DNA of 64,000 bases from the IMG/VR virus record IMGVR_UViG_3300026116_000035. One strand, 5' to 3'. A program made the position numbers and the translations under genes. Below the pieces are notes generated by a model. The model saw only the letters and a program-made list of their open reading frames with translations, searched no databases and was not told the origin of the DNA. Within the stretch, counting starts at the first letter, position 1, and each line of letters starts with the position of its first letter. The stretch is from a virus (lineage: Duplodnaviria > Caudoviricetes). This document shows, one piece after another, positions 28,021 to 38,369 of this stretch.

Positions 28021-31000
28021 TGGCTAATATTAGATTAACTAGAATAAAAGTATCAGATAGTACAACAATTAAAGCTGAATTTAATGCAAGTTTAAGTTCT
28101 TTAATTGGTGTAAATAATATAACTGTAACTTCAGGTACTCCAGGAGTTCCAAATGCTGAAGTTTTAAAAGTTAAAGTTTCTGATACAGTTTTAATTATAA
28201 CAACTAGACCGTTGACTCCTTTTATAGCTTATTTTGTAGAATTTAAATCTGTACCAAATTTTCAATTTAAATCAAAAGATGGCCAATCATTTTTATTTGA
28301 AGATGGAAAAACAAATCGTGCTACAGTTTATGGAGTATCTGACCCGGCCGATCCTATTAAAAGTTCATTAACTGATTATTTAAAAGGTAATGTATATAAT
28401 ATAGATGAAAATACTTTAGTTAATACGATATTAAATTCACAAAGTTCTAATTTAAGTAGAGCTTTATATGATATTGGCCAATTAAAAAATGATAATTACT
28501 TAGAAGTATTAATTGAAGATGAAATTAAGGTTCGTGGCTCTGGACCCTATGATAGATTAAATGAAGAAGGGGCTTTTGAAATTATTAGAGTTGGAACAAA
28601 AGCTAGTGGTTCAACCTCTTTTATGGAATTTAATTTTCAAAGTTTTCCGCATAGCAAAATATCATTATTGAAATCTTCTATTGTTAATGAAAGATTAAGT
28701 GCAAGTAATAATTCTACAGGTTTTAATGATTTCATATTAACTGTTTCAAAATATCCAGTTATCACTTTAACTAGTTTAAAAGTAGCATATCAAAATGGTG
28801 GTTCAAGTACATATGATATTAATACTTTTGGATATCAATTAAAAGATCCAAGTTATGATCCAGATAGAGCTTCTACTTATTTACTTTTAAATGACAATCA
28901 AATTAGACTAAGTGAATTAATATTAAATTCAGATTTTATTCTTCCAAAACCAGGCGATACAGTTTATGTAAGTTATGAATTTAAATCATTAGGTAAAATT
29001 ATTAGTGAAGATACTATAGCTGTATCGCAAATAATTGATGCAGTGCGTGAAGTTATTCCGCCATTAAAAAATGATTTTTCTTTAATGAATGCATTATTAG
29101 TTGATAATGATGGAAATACCCCTACAATAGATGGCGTTATATTTTTAGATCCATTATCTAATCCTCCATTTTCTGATGTGCATCCTGCATTTTCTACCGA
29201 AATTCCTTATAAATTAGAAAGATTACCGTCTTTTCCTGGAGAATATTCAATTGATTATGTTAATGGAAGAGTATTTTGTTATGGTGTAAGTGAAAAATTA
29301 AAAGATGGATCAGGTAATTTTCCTCCCGTAGCTACATATAAGTATAAAAAATTATATGATAATAGATTAGATTATACATTTAATAATGAAACATCTGATT
29401 TAGTAGCTTCACCTTTAAGGGAATTAATAGGTGAAAATGTAACTGTATCTTTTAGTTATGAACAAACATTGGTTCCAGGCATTGACTATAAAGCTCAAGT
29501 TCATCAAGAAATAATTAATGAAAGAATTGAAAATAGATTAAAAACATTAGGTTCATTAGGTGTTGAAAATACACCTATTACAAATACGTTTAGAATATTT
29601 AATGAAACTAGTGGTGAAATTTATCCAATAACTAGATTTAATGATAATACTGTATTTTTTACTTACAGTAATCCTCCAGCAATATTAAATATAAATAGAG
29701 AACGAGTTTCATTTACTGACGTTTTGAATGAATTATTAATAGTTAATAATGAATTAATTAATGCTTCTAGTGTTAGAATATTTAAAATAACTTTACAAAA
29801 TAATCAAATTATAAATGGAACTGAAGATGGAATAGGGGCTAGTTTTAATTCTAGTGCTTCATTTAGCAGGACGGATATATTTGAAAAAGAAATTTATTTT
29901 GATGGACAAGAATTAACATTAACTAATAATTTAAATAAATTGGTAATAGGAAATTATCAAATAGATTATGTTAATGGTATTTTATATGTAGCTACTTCTA
30001 ATTCTCAAGATTTAGATTTAGGTACAATTAATTATAAAAAAGCAACTATTTCAACAAAAAATAAACATATAATTAGCGTTTCTAATTTATATAATAGTAT
30101 TAGTTCATTAAAGGGAATTAATAAAACTTTAGATTATAATAGTTTCAGTGATAGTGAAATTGTACCTAGTAAATTAGATCGTTCAGATGAAAGATTTTTA
30201 AATGGTGATGTAACATTATCTTATTTTGTTAATAATGGGACTATATTTGTAACGGATAATATTAAAAATGTTAGAGGTTTATATGATGCTTATGATTTAA
30301 ATAATCATACTCCAATAAATTTTGCTGACACTACTACTGTTGCATCTAATATAATTACATTAAATCCAAATGGCCTTCAGAAAAAAGATACATTAAATAT
30401 TGGGTCATTAGCACAAATTACCGTTCCTTTTATTAGTAATGGCGTAGAAATTGTGAGTGTTTCTAGTGTAATTAGAATTAGTGATGGAGCTCAACTTTGG
30501 GATAATTCAGGAAGTTTTTCAGGATATGTTATTTCATTATCAGGTACGGGTTCACCTTTAATTGGCCAAGCTGTAGTTGTAATTTATAATATTCAATTAA
30601 ATGGGGCAGCTACACCAATTGTAGATTATAATCGTGGAGATTATTTTGTTGATTATTCTTATTTGGCAGATGAAATTTTAGTAAGTTATGAATACGGTGA
30701 TAATTTAATTGATTTTAGAGAATCAGGAACATTAGATGAAGGTGATCAATATTATGTAACTTATAAAGTTGGAGCTTTGCGAGATGCGTTATTAAAGAAT
30801 TTTGGTAGTTTAGTTAATTTACCTATAATGAATAATTTTGACATTTCATTACCAAGAGAAAATTATCGAAATGCATTACAGGGAGCCTTGCAATCATTTC
30901 CTAAAGGCCCAACTATAGCTGCAATTAAAAAATTAGTTTCCAGTATAACTAAAATTGATCCAGCGTTAACTGAATCTGTATTTGATATTTGGTCTTTAGG

Positions 31001-34000
31001 CATAAGTAGATTATTTCAAAATAGAGCTACGATTACTGGTAATCCTACTTTATTAGCAGCTAAATTTGATAACGGCGTATTAATTGATAAATCAGATCAA
31101 ACAATTTCATTTCCAATGACCAGTAATTTAAAATTGGAAAACGGGTCACTTAGATGTTGGGTTATTCCGGAGTGGGATGGATTAGATAATGATGCTACAC
31201 TGACATTTTCTAAAATATTAAAAGATGGTTATCAATTATCTGCTTCAAATATATTTATAGGATCAGATAGTCATAATCCTATTTTTGATATAAATAATAC
31301 ATTTTCAGTAAATAAAGATGATGAATTAACTTCTATTGGTTTGCCATCAAACATTTACACAAAAACTGGTATTTTTATTTATTATGATAATGTAGCTAAA
31401 CGTTGGAAAGTATTAGCTAAAGATTCTACTTCTTCAAACCATACTTATTCTGCTGAAATAAATTCATCAGGTGAAGTTTATGATGTTAAATACATAGAAG
31501 GATTAGGGGAATCTACAGATGTTTTAAGAAGCTTTACTAATAAAATTCAATTTACATTTAATATTGGAACTAGTGAATCAAGTAGTCCTGATGGATATAC
31601 AATAGGTGATGGATATATGGCCGGGTATTCTTTTGATGGAATTACTTTTATGGCTGATGATTTGCATTATTTATTTGATTTTGGTAAAGATGAAACTACC
31701 GAACGATTTTCATTATTTAAAGATGGTAGAGGATATTTAAATTTTGAGGTTTGGGATAAAGGTAATAAATTTAGAAAAAATTCTTATAGAGTTAGTGCTG
31801 ATATTTCTGGATGGTCTGCAGGAGAAAAGCATTTAGTTGGCATTTCTTGGAAAATTAATTCATCAAATAGACAAGATGAAATGCATTTATTTATTGATGG
31901 ATTTGAAGTTCCAAATATTATGAGATATGGTGGTAGACCAGTCGCTTCATCAACTGATCGTTTTAGAGTTATAAAACCAGAAATTATTGCTGGAACGGTT
32001 GCTAAAAAATCTATTTTAGGTAATGATTTAACTACAACAGCTGGTTCAAATATAGTTACTTCTGGTTCAATTTCATTTCAAACACTCGGAATTGTTCCTA
32101 CAGATACAATAGAAATTTTAGAATTAGGTTTTGGCTTATACACAATAACTGGTGTAACAGGAAATACATTAACTTTAAATAATCCTGTTCCAACATCTTT
32201 TTCTGATGCTAGATTTTCAGTAAATCAATTATCTGTAGTAGTATCTTCAGAAATTGATACTTCAGCTAATATAGCTGTTTCAATATTAAGGGGAACTGAG
32301 GAAATTGAAATTCCTGGATTGCGAGCGGATTTACCATCTTATAGAATTAGTAAAGATTCTCAAAATCAAAATATATTAACCATATTGGGTAATGCTAATG
32401 TAGGCGATCAAATTGTAGTAAGAACATTAGGATTAAATCATAGACGTTGTAGAGAAACAGTTTATCTTTGGGGTAATACGACTAATGTATTAAAAACTCA
32501 ATTGCCACCTCCAATAAATCTTGATGAAGTTAAAATTTATCCAGTATTACTGCCATTAGTAACAATTGGGCCAAGCAATTCAACAATTTCTGCTGGTAAA
32601 TTTGTAGCTGTATTTACTCCTAGTCAGCCATCTAATGCATCAGAAGGCAGAACATTATCTGTAAGAATGACTGGTGGAAATATAGATTTTACTACAGCGG
32701 CTACAGTTACAATAGTAGGTGTGGCAGCTTCAGGTCCAGCAACGGTTATTTTATCATTTTCTGCTCCTGGAACTCAATTAACTGTTCAAAAATGGAAAAC
32801 AATTACTTCTATAACTGCAACTATTAAGCCTTTTGTAATTAGTCAAAATTCAGGCTCTGTGGAAGTTAAAGAGGCATATTCACTTACAAATTCTGAAAAT
32901 AATAATTTATTTCCAGTAATTAGATTTAGTTATAAAACTCAAAATGGTAGAACTTTATTTGGAACAGGATCTTCTGCTATTACTGATGATAATGGATTAT
33001 TTGCTGATTCGGATATTGGTAATAAAATTATTATTACTTCCCCTGCCCCTGTAGCCGGAACATATTTAATTACCGATAGAATTGATGAAAAAACGATTAC
33101 AGTTACCCCTAATCCAGGATCTGCCTTTAGTAATGGAGTTTATAGTATTTATAATGTTTCAATTGGTAGAAGTGGATTTCAGAATGGATTTTTTACTTTT
33201 GAAACAGCTGGTTTAACCAATGTTCCATATTATTTACATGAAGGATTATTTCAATTTGATTATACAACATATTTAGAAATAGCATTTAATCCACTAACTG
33301 ATTATAAATTATATATTGGTTCAGATTTAAATGGCAATAATCAAGCAAAAGCAATATTGGATGAGTTTGTAACTACTTCAAATATGCTAACTGATGTTCG
33401 AGTTGGAGAATCAATTGCTGTAAATCAAAAATCATTTACTACTGATTATAATGCATTAAGACCTTATTCGGTAGATAAAAATACATTAATGTTATTAAGA
33501 TTTAATGATAATACATTTATAAACGAAGCGCCATTTTATACTACAGCTATAAAAGATTTTATTCAATCCGGTGATAGTATTAACGATAAATTTAGTCAAT
33601 CTGTTGTTATTAATAACAACCCTTTAATTTTTGATAATAAAGGATTATTATCAACTAGTTCAGAAGGAACAATTGAATTTTGGGTTAGTCCGATTTTTGA
33701 CACATATAATGATCCAAAAATTAGATTCTATTTTGATGCCTCTGGGTCTTTTATAGAAGAAATGATTAGTTTAACTAGTGGTACAGTTAAAGTGAATAAT
33801 TTAATACAAAATGTAGTTAGCGTTAGATTAATTACAGATGTAGATAATAGTGGAGTTAATTATTTTGATGGTGGCAGTATTGCGTCAGATTTTAAAACAA
33901 TAAATCTTGGAATAGCATTACCATATCAGCAAACACCAGTTAAAATTGTATATGTTCCCTCTGGATTAAATGGAAATCGGCTTTCAATTTATAAGGATAC

Positions 34001-34673
34001 AGCCGGATTTATTACATTTAGTGTTAAATCGGGCGGAGTAGATTATCAAGTTCGTCAGCCTGTTTTTTGGGCTCGGAATACTTGGCATAGAGTTAAGGCT
34101 ACATATTTATTTAATTCAGCAAATAATAGAGATGAAATTAGATTATTTGTAGATGGTGAAGAACGTGGTGTTATATTATTCGGAACAGGTTTAGTTTTCG
34201 GTACAGAGACAGTTTTCGGTCAAGGATTAGCTGGATTAAGTGAAACGAGATTGATTACAGATATTAATTTTACAGATCCGGTAAATCAAATATATATTGG
34301 TTCAGATTTTATGATGGCAAATTGCGCTCAAGCTAGAATAGATAATTTTAAAATAAGTAATATAAGGCAACCGTCATTTATTTTGGCAGGACAGGCCAAA
34401 GATATTAATTATAGTTCAAATATATCTACAGTTTATCCAGTAATTGAAGATGCTTTTACTACATTTTTAATGAATTTCGATCAATTAATTCAAAAATCTG
34501 AAGATTTTGCTGTATTAAGAGATGAACTATTTGGCATATTTAATTTTACTTTACAAATCATAGATTCATTTGGTATAGTTATAGATAATGCAAAATTGAA
34601 ACAAGTTTTAGAAAGTCTTATTTTTGCTCTTAAACCGGCTCAAAGTCGCGTAAATTTGGAATATATAACATGA
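28020..34673 (+). CDS. Very large baseplate wedge protein (gpI-like) with two LamG/ConA-like regions
   Basis: LLKNFGSLVNLP...RENYRNALQGALQSFPKGPTIAAIKKLV and the terminal LKPAQSRVNLEY are gpI-like. GSLRCWVIP/KHLVGISW...MHLFIDG and GTIEFWVSP/TWHRVKATY...IRLFVDG are LamG-like. Confidence 0.7.
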   Translation: MANIRLTRIKVSDSTTIKAEFNASLSSLIGVNNITVTSGTPGVPNAEVLKVKVSDTVLIITTRPLTPFIAYFVEFKSVPNFQFKSKDGQSFLFEDGKTNRATVYGVSDPADPIKSSLTDYLKGNVYNIDENTLVNTILNSQSSNLSRALYDIGQLKNDNYLEVLIEDEIKVRGSGPYDRLNEEGAFEIIRVGTKASGSTSFMEFNFQSFPHSKISLLKSSIVNERLSASNNSTGFNDFILTVSKYPVITLTSLKVAYQNGGSSTYDINTFGYQLKDPSYDPDRASTYLLLNDNQIRLSELILNSDFILPKPGDTVYVSYEFKSLGKIISEDTIAVSQIIDAVREVIPPLKNDFSLMNALLVDNDGNTPTIDGVIFLDPLSNPPFSDVHPAFSTEIPYKLERLPSFPGEYSIDYVNGRVFCYGVSEKLKDGSGNFPPVATYKYKKLYDNRLDYTFNNETSDLVASPLRELIGENVTVSFSYEQTLVPGIDYKAQVHQEIINERIENRLKTLGSLGVENTPITNTFRIFNETSGEIYPITRFNDNTVFFTYSNPPAILNINRERVSFTDVLNELLIVNNELINASSVRIFKITLQNNQIINGTEDGIGASFNSSASFSRTDIFEKEIYFDGQELTLTNNLNKLVIGNYQIDYVNGILYVATSNSQDLDLGTINYKKATISTKNKHIISVSNLYNSISSLKGINKTLDYNSFSDSEIVPSKLDRSDERFLNGDVTLSYFVNNGTIFVTDNIKNVRGLYDAYDLNNHTPINFADTTTVASNIITLNPNGLQKKDTLNIGSLAQITVPFISNGVEIVSVSSVIRISDGAQLWDNSGSFSGYVISLSGTGSPLIGQAVVVIYNIQLNGAATPIVDYNRGDYFVDYSYLADEILVSYEYGDNLIDFRESGTLDEGDQYYVTYKVGALRDALLKNFGSLVNLPIMNNFDISLPRENYRNALQGALQSFPKGPTIAAIKKLVSSITKIDPALTESVFDIWSLGISRLFQNRATITGNPTLLAAKFDNGVLIDKSDQTISFPMTSNLKLENGSLRCWVIPEWDGLDNDATLTFSKILKDGYQLSASNIFIGSDSHNPIFDINNTFSVNKDDELTSIGLPSNIYTKTGIFIYYDNVAKRWKVLAKDSTSSNHTYSAEINSSGEVYDVKYIEGLGESTDVLRSFTNKIQFTFNIGTSESSSPDGYTIGDGYMAGYSFDGITFMADDLHYLFDFGKDETTERFSLFKDGRGYLNFEVWDKGNKFRKNSYRVSADISGWSAGEKHLVGISWKINSSNRQDEMHLFIDGFEVPNIMRYGGRPVASSTDRFRVIKPEIIAGTVAKKSILGNDLTTTAGSNIVTSGSISFQTLGIVPTDTIEILELGFGLYTITGVTGNTLTLNNPVPTSFSDARFSVNQLSVVVSSEIDTSANIAVSILRGTEEIEIPGLRADLPSYRISKDSQNQNILTILGNANVGDQIVVRTLGLNHRRCRETVYLWGNTTNVLKTQLPPPINLDEVKIYPVLLPLVTIGPSNSTISAGKFVAVFTPSQPSNASEGRTLSVRMTGGNIDFTTAATVTIVGVAASGPATVILSFSAPGTQLTVQKWKTITSITATIKPFVISQNSGSVEVKEAYSLTNSENNNLFPVIRFSYKTQNGRTLFGTGSSAITDDNGLFADSDIGNKIIITSPAPVAGTYLITDRIDEKTITVTPNPGSAFSNGVYSIYNVSIGRSGFQNGFFTFETAGLTNVPYYLHEGLFQFDYTTYLEIAFNPLTDYKLYIGSDLNGNNQAKAILDEFVTTSNMLTDVRVGESIAVNQKSFTTDYNALRPYSVDKNTLMLLRFNDNTFINEAPFYTTAIKDFIQSGDSINDKFSQSVVINNNPLIFDNKGLLSTSSEGTIEFWVSPIFDTYNDPKIRFYFDASGSFIEEMISLTSGTVKVNNLIQNVVSVRLITDVDNSGVNYFDGGSIASDFKTINLGIALPYQQTPVKIVYVPSGLNGNRLSIYKDTAGFITFSVKSGGVDYQVRQPVFWARNTWHRVKATYLFNSANNRDEIRLFVDGEERGVILFGTGLVFGTETVFGQGLAGLSETRLITDINFTDPVNQIYIGSDFMMANCAQARIDNFKISNIRQPSFILAGQAKDINYSSNISTVYPVIEDAFTTFLMNFDQLIQKSEDFAVLRDELFGIFNFTLQIIDSFGIVIDNAKLKQVLESLIFALKPAQSRVNLEYIT

Positions 34674-37564
34674 CACGTAGAATTCCCATAAGTACTGTTC
34701 AAAATTTATATCATGATGCTCAGCGAGTGGATAAAAATGATTTAGATGTAGAGCAAAATTATAATACACAAACAAATGCAGCAATTGTTAATAATTTTTT
34801 TGGGTCCGGTGTATTAGTTAATAGTCCAGAACAAACTATATTATTTGATTCAAATAATTTGGATGTAATACAAGCTGCATTAGCGGCAGCCAATAAATTT
34901 GATGGCAGTGGAATTAATCCAACTTTTCAGCCATCAGATAATAATTTGGGCAATCAAATAGAGATTGAATTATTAGATTCTGAAATATTTGGAAGGTTAA
35001 CAACTAGTGTATTAATTATAGGTTTATCTTTTAATGATGAATTAATTTATGATAGATTTATATTTCATAGAAACGAAAAACAAGTCTCAAGTAAACACTA
35101 TAAAAAAATATTAACTATATTATTTAACGATTTTATGGGAAACAATAATTGTTCTAGAAATAATGGTGGAAGAATTATTGTTCGTGAAGCTTTTTCATTT
35201 CAATTATCTAGAGATGCCATTATGGTTTCTCAAGATGTAGAACCGAATATATTTTTTAGAGATTTTAAAGTTGCTGATGGATATGTAGGTTTATATCATA
35301 CAATACAAAATGCTATTGGATCTGCTTATAACGCTGACGATTTGCAAATAAATATTACTGGAGCAGGTAGAAGAAGTATTGGCCCAAATGATGTAACAAC
35401 GCAAGTAGGGCAAAAATTTTTAGCAACTACGAATAATATTCAAAAAGTTACATTTTTAATGGGAGCTTACAGAAATGATTCAGTTCCTGTGGCAAATCGA
35501 TTTGATTGGGCAGGTGATTTAATTGTTAGTATATATCCATTACAAACTACTGTCAGTTGTCCTACAGATATTATTCCTGAATTAGCAATAGATTTTGATC
35601 CGGCTAGAACACCTTTAGTTGAAGTTAGTTTTAGTCAATCTGAGTTAAGGGATTTAGGATATGTGTTAACTGATGTAGCTCAACCTGTAGATTTTATTTT
35701 TAATTCTACAAAAATAGCAAATGCTGGCGGGATTATTATTGGTAATTATTATGCAGTAACATTTAGACGATCTGGTTCTTCTTCAAGTGGAACAATATTT
35801 GTAGAAACTGGAGCAAATTGGATTGATAATTCCCGTTTAACTGTATTTAATAATGTTTGGGTTGATACAAATGAAGAAGATTTATGGTTTCAGATTTGGT
35901 CTGATGCAGCAAAAGTAGCAGATGGTCAAGGGTTTGATGCTGGAAATGGTATGTTATTTGAAAAAACCAAAATTGATGAAAAAACTGGAGCTACAGTTGA
36001 TAATCAAGTTGGTCATTTTTCTTTTAGTACTACTGGTCAAGGTACAATAAATACAGGAATTATACAAGCTATTTTAAATGATAGCGTATCTATTCAAGAT
36101 GAACGGACTGGAAATCCTACATTTTCTAGAAAACAATTTGTACCATCGTTTAGCTTTGTAGATAATGCAAATTTAGCTAAATTAAATAGTATTTCAGAGC
36201 CATTAATTATTGGATCAGTTGCTGATAATAATCCTAAAATAAATCCATCACTTAATAAAACTCAAAAAATTCCAGGGTTAGTTAAAAATGATTCTTTTTG
36301 TATTTTAAATCCTGATCCTGATTTATTAAGTTTACAATTAATTGGCAGTAAATTAATTCCTAATACCAGTAAAGCTTATGATTATCGAATATTTAAAGTT
36401 CAATATTGTGTAGATGGTTATGGTGATGTTAATGGTGATGGTATCATTGATGATAGTGATGTTACAAGAGCTTCTGAATTATTAGGCGAGGGTATTAATA
36501 TAACTAGCACTCAGACTAAAATTGTAAATGGTCAAATTGACACATTAGAATTATTGCGAGCAGATGTTGATGGAGATGGAGTTATAACTACAAATGACGT
36601 TAATTTGATACAAAATTATGTAAATCGTTCAAATAATACATTTCCTGTTGGCTCAAGTTTTACTCATATGTGTTTATTGGTTCAACAAAGTATTGGTAGA
36701 AGTGATGGATATTATGATTGTACACAAGGTTATATAAGATTAGATGGATATGTTGGTGCCAATAAAGTCTTGGCTTCTTCATTAGACCCTACAGTATTAA
36801 TTTATGATGGTTATTATACAAATGTAATTATGAATCAAACGGATACATCGTGGAATACTGTGCCATTTTCACCAATTAATTATCAGATTAAATTTCAATC
36901 ATTTTGGCAAGATTATTTATTAACATTAAGGAGTAATGCCAGGCTAATCCCTACGACATTTACATATAAAAACGGAATTATACCCGAAGACTGTTCTGTA
37001 CTTTCATCATTTAATTGCGTTGATAAAGTTGGTTTAATACCTACAGTTGATTCGGGCAGAAATGATTATTTCGTTCCTGATAATTTAATTCTTGGCAAAG
37101 GTGAAATTTTAAGACCTGATGGAAGTAGTTATAAGACTGATTTTGAAATAGGCACAATTATATTAGAACTTCCATCTTCTTCAATTTCTGAAAAATCTAT
37201 AAATATATTTGATGCATTTGTGGCCGATGTAGGTGATGGTAGGACGGCTTCTGGGTATAATGCATTAAGATATTCTGATTGTTCTACAGTAAAACCTTTA
37301 GATATATTAAATAATAAAATTAGATTTGATGTTTCTATACAATCTATTAATCATGATAAAACAGCACCAGATGATATTATTGGAGTATATGTTGATCAAA
37401 GTACCGGTTTAATGAATTTAACTTCTAAACATACGTTATCTGATCCTATTTTTGCTGATCTGAGAACTAGAATTCAAATTTTAGTATACTTAAAGAAAGG
37501 CGGCTGGAACAATGCGGCATTAGTTGTTTTAGGTAATGAAGTAACCGGATTATTCGCTTCATAA
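34670..37564 (+). CDS. Baseplate/fibre-attachment protein with a dockerin-like EF-hand pair
   Basis: N-terminal YHDAQRVDKNDLDVEQNY resembles wedge/fibre-base proteins; GDVNGDGIIDDSD and ADVDGDGVITTNDVNLIQNYV. Confidence 0.65.
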   Translation: MTRRIPISTVQNLYHDAQRVDKNDLDVEQNYNTQTNAAIVNNFFGSGVLVNSPEQTILFDSNNLDVIQAALAAANKFDGSGINPTFQPSDNNLGNQIEIELLDSEIFGRLTTSVLIIGLSFNDELIYDRFIFHRNEKQVSSKHYKKILTILFNDFMGNNNCSRNNGGRIIVREAFSFQLSRDAIMVSQDVEPNIFFRDFKVADGYVGLYHTIQNAIGSAYNADDLQINITGAGRRSIGPNDVTTQVGQKFLATTNNIQKVTFLMGAYRNDSVPVANRFDWAGDLIVSIYPLQTTVSCPTDIIPELAIDFDPARTPLVEVSFSQSELRDLGYVLTDVAQPVDFIFNSTKIANAGGIIIGNYYAVTFRRSGSSSSGTIFVETGANWIDNSRLTVFNNVWVDTNEEDLWFQIWSDAAKVADGQGFDAGNGMLFEKTKIDEKTGATVDNQVGHFSFSTTGQGTINTGIIQAILNDSVSIQDERTGNPTFSRKQFVPSFSFVDNANLAKLNSISEPLIIGSVADNNPKINPSLNKTQKIPGLVKNDSFCILNPDPDLLSLQLIGSKLIPNTSKAYDYRIFKVQYCVDGYGDVNGDGIIDDSDVTRASELLGEGINITSTQTKIVNGQIDTLELLRADVDGDGVITTNDVNLIQNYVNRSNNTFPVGSSFTHMCLLVQQSIGRSDGYYDCTQGYIRLDGYVGANKVLASSLDPTVLIYDGYYTNVIMNQTDTSWNTVPFSPINYQIKFQSFWQDYLLTLRSNARLIPTTFTYKNGIIPEDCSVLSSFNCVDKVGLIPTVDSGRNDYFVPDNLILGKGEILRPDGSSYKTDFEIGTIILELPSSSISEKSINIFDAFVADVGDGRTASGYNALRYSDCSTVKPLDILNNKIRFDVSIQSINHDKTAPDDIIGVYVDQSTGLMNLTSKHTLSDPIFADLRTRIQILVYLKKGGWNNAALVVLGNEVTGLFAS

Positions 37565-37576
37565 GGTAAAAATAAA

Positions 37577-38167
37577 ATGACAATGCTATCAATTTCAGTT
37601 CCAGAGAATATTTCTAAAATATTACAATCAATATCATTAAATAGCGAAATAATCCAAGGAGACAAGTCTGATCATTGTACTTGTTTTTATTTTGAAGATG
37701 ACGGTATGGAGATTGAAACTGTATTAAAAATAATACCATTAGTTTATAAAATTACACAGAAAATTAAACCATTTATTGTAAATATTAAATCTTATGATAG
37801 TTTTTCTGAAGGTAAATATGGGTTTCCAATTGTTTCAAAAATAAATAGTAAAGAATTAATTAAATTACGCAATGATATTAAAGATATATTTGAAGAAAAC
37901 GATATAGATTTTTCTAAAAAATTTCCAAAATTTGTACCGCATATTACTCTAGCTTACGCAAAAAAAGAATGTTCTGGAAAATTTGATGAGATAGCATTTC
38001 CGGTTCAATCTATTTCTTTATATTATAATACTGATTCTAAACAAAAAGAAAATCTATATGTCGAGTTTCCGTTTGGCAAAATAATTAAAAATTCAAGTTC
38101 GTTTCTTGACCATTTTGCCGGATATTTTGAAAAACTTGCCTACAATAAAAATTTCTTCAAAGCATAA
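37577..38167 (+). CDS. 2H phosphoesterase (LigT/ThpR/Acb1-like)
   Basis: Two HxT motifs, DHCTCFYF and PHITLAY, about 90 aa apart; SD AAGG. Confidence 0.8.
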   Translation: MTMLSISVPENISKILQSISLNSEIIQGDKSDHCTCFYFEDDGMEIETVLKIIPLVYKITQKIKPFIVNIKSYDSFSEGKYGFPIVSKINSKELIKLRNDIKDIFEENDIDFSKKFPKFVPHITLAYAKKECSGKFDEIAFPVQSISLYYNTDSKQKENLYVEFPFGKIIKNSSSFLDHFAGYFEKLAYNKNFFKA

Positions 38168-38369
38168 AAATTATATATTAATAAAAAATTTAAAATTCTA
38201 TTTAAATAGAAGTTCACGCAAAGATTTTATATTAAAAATAATAAGTGGAGATCCTCCTACATATTTTTTATTATCTCATAATTCTGGAGAATTTGCTCCG
38301 GATAGAGTTAATCGATTATTAATTATGAATAGAGTAAATGTAAAAAGAAAATTTAAAAGAGTAAAATGA
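38106..38369 (+). CDS. Small basic hypothetical protein (doubtful)
   Basis: ORF only; TTG start deep inside the previous gene; very AT-rich. Confidence 0.3.
   Translation: MTILPDILKNLPTIKISSKHKNYILIKNLKFYLNRSSRKDFILKIISGDPPTYFLLSHNSGEFAPDRVNRLLIMNRVNVKRKFKRVK

Noticed and set aside
37474-37665. Minus-strand ORF
   Set aside because: Spans the junction of two plus-strand genes; shadow.
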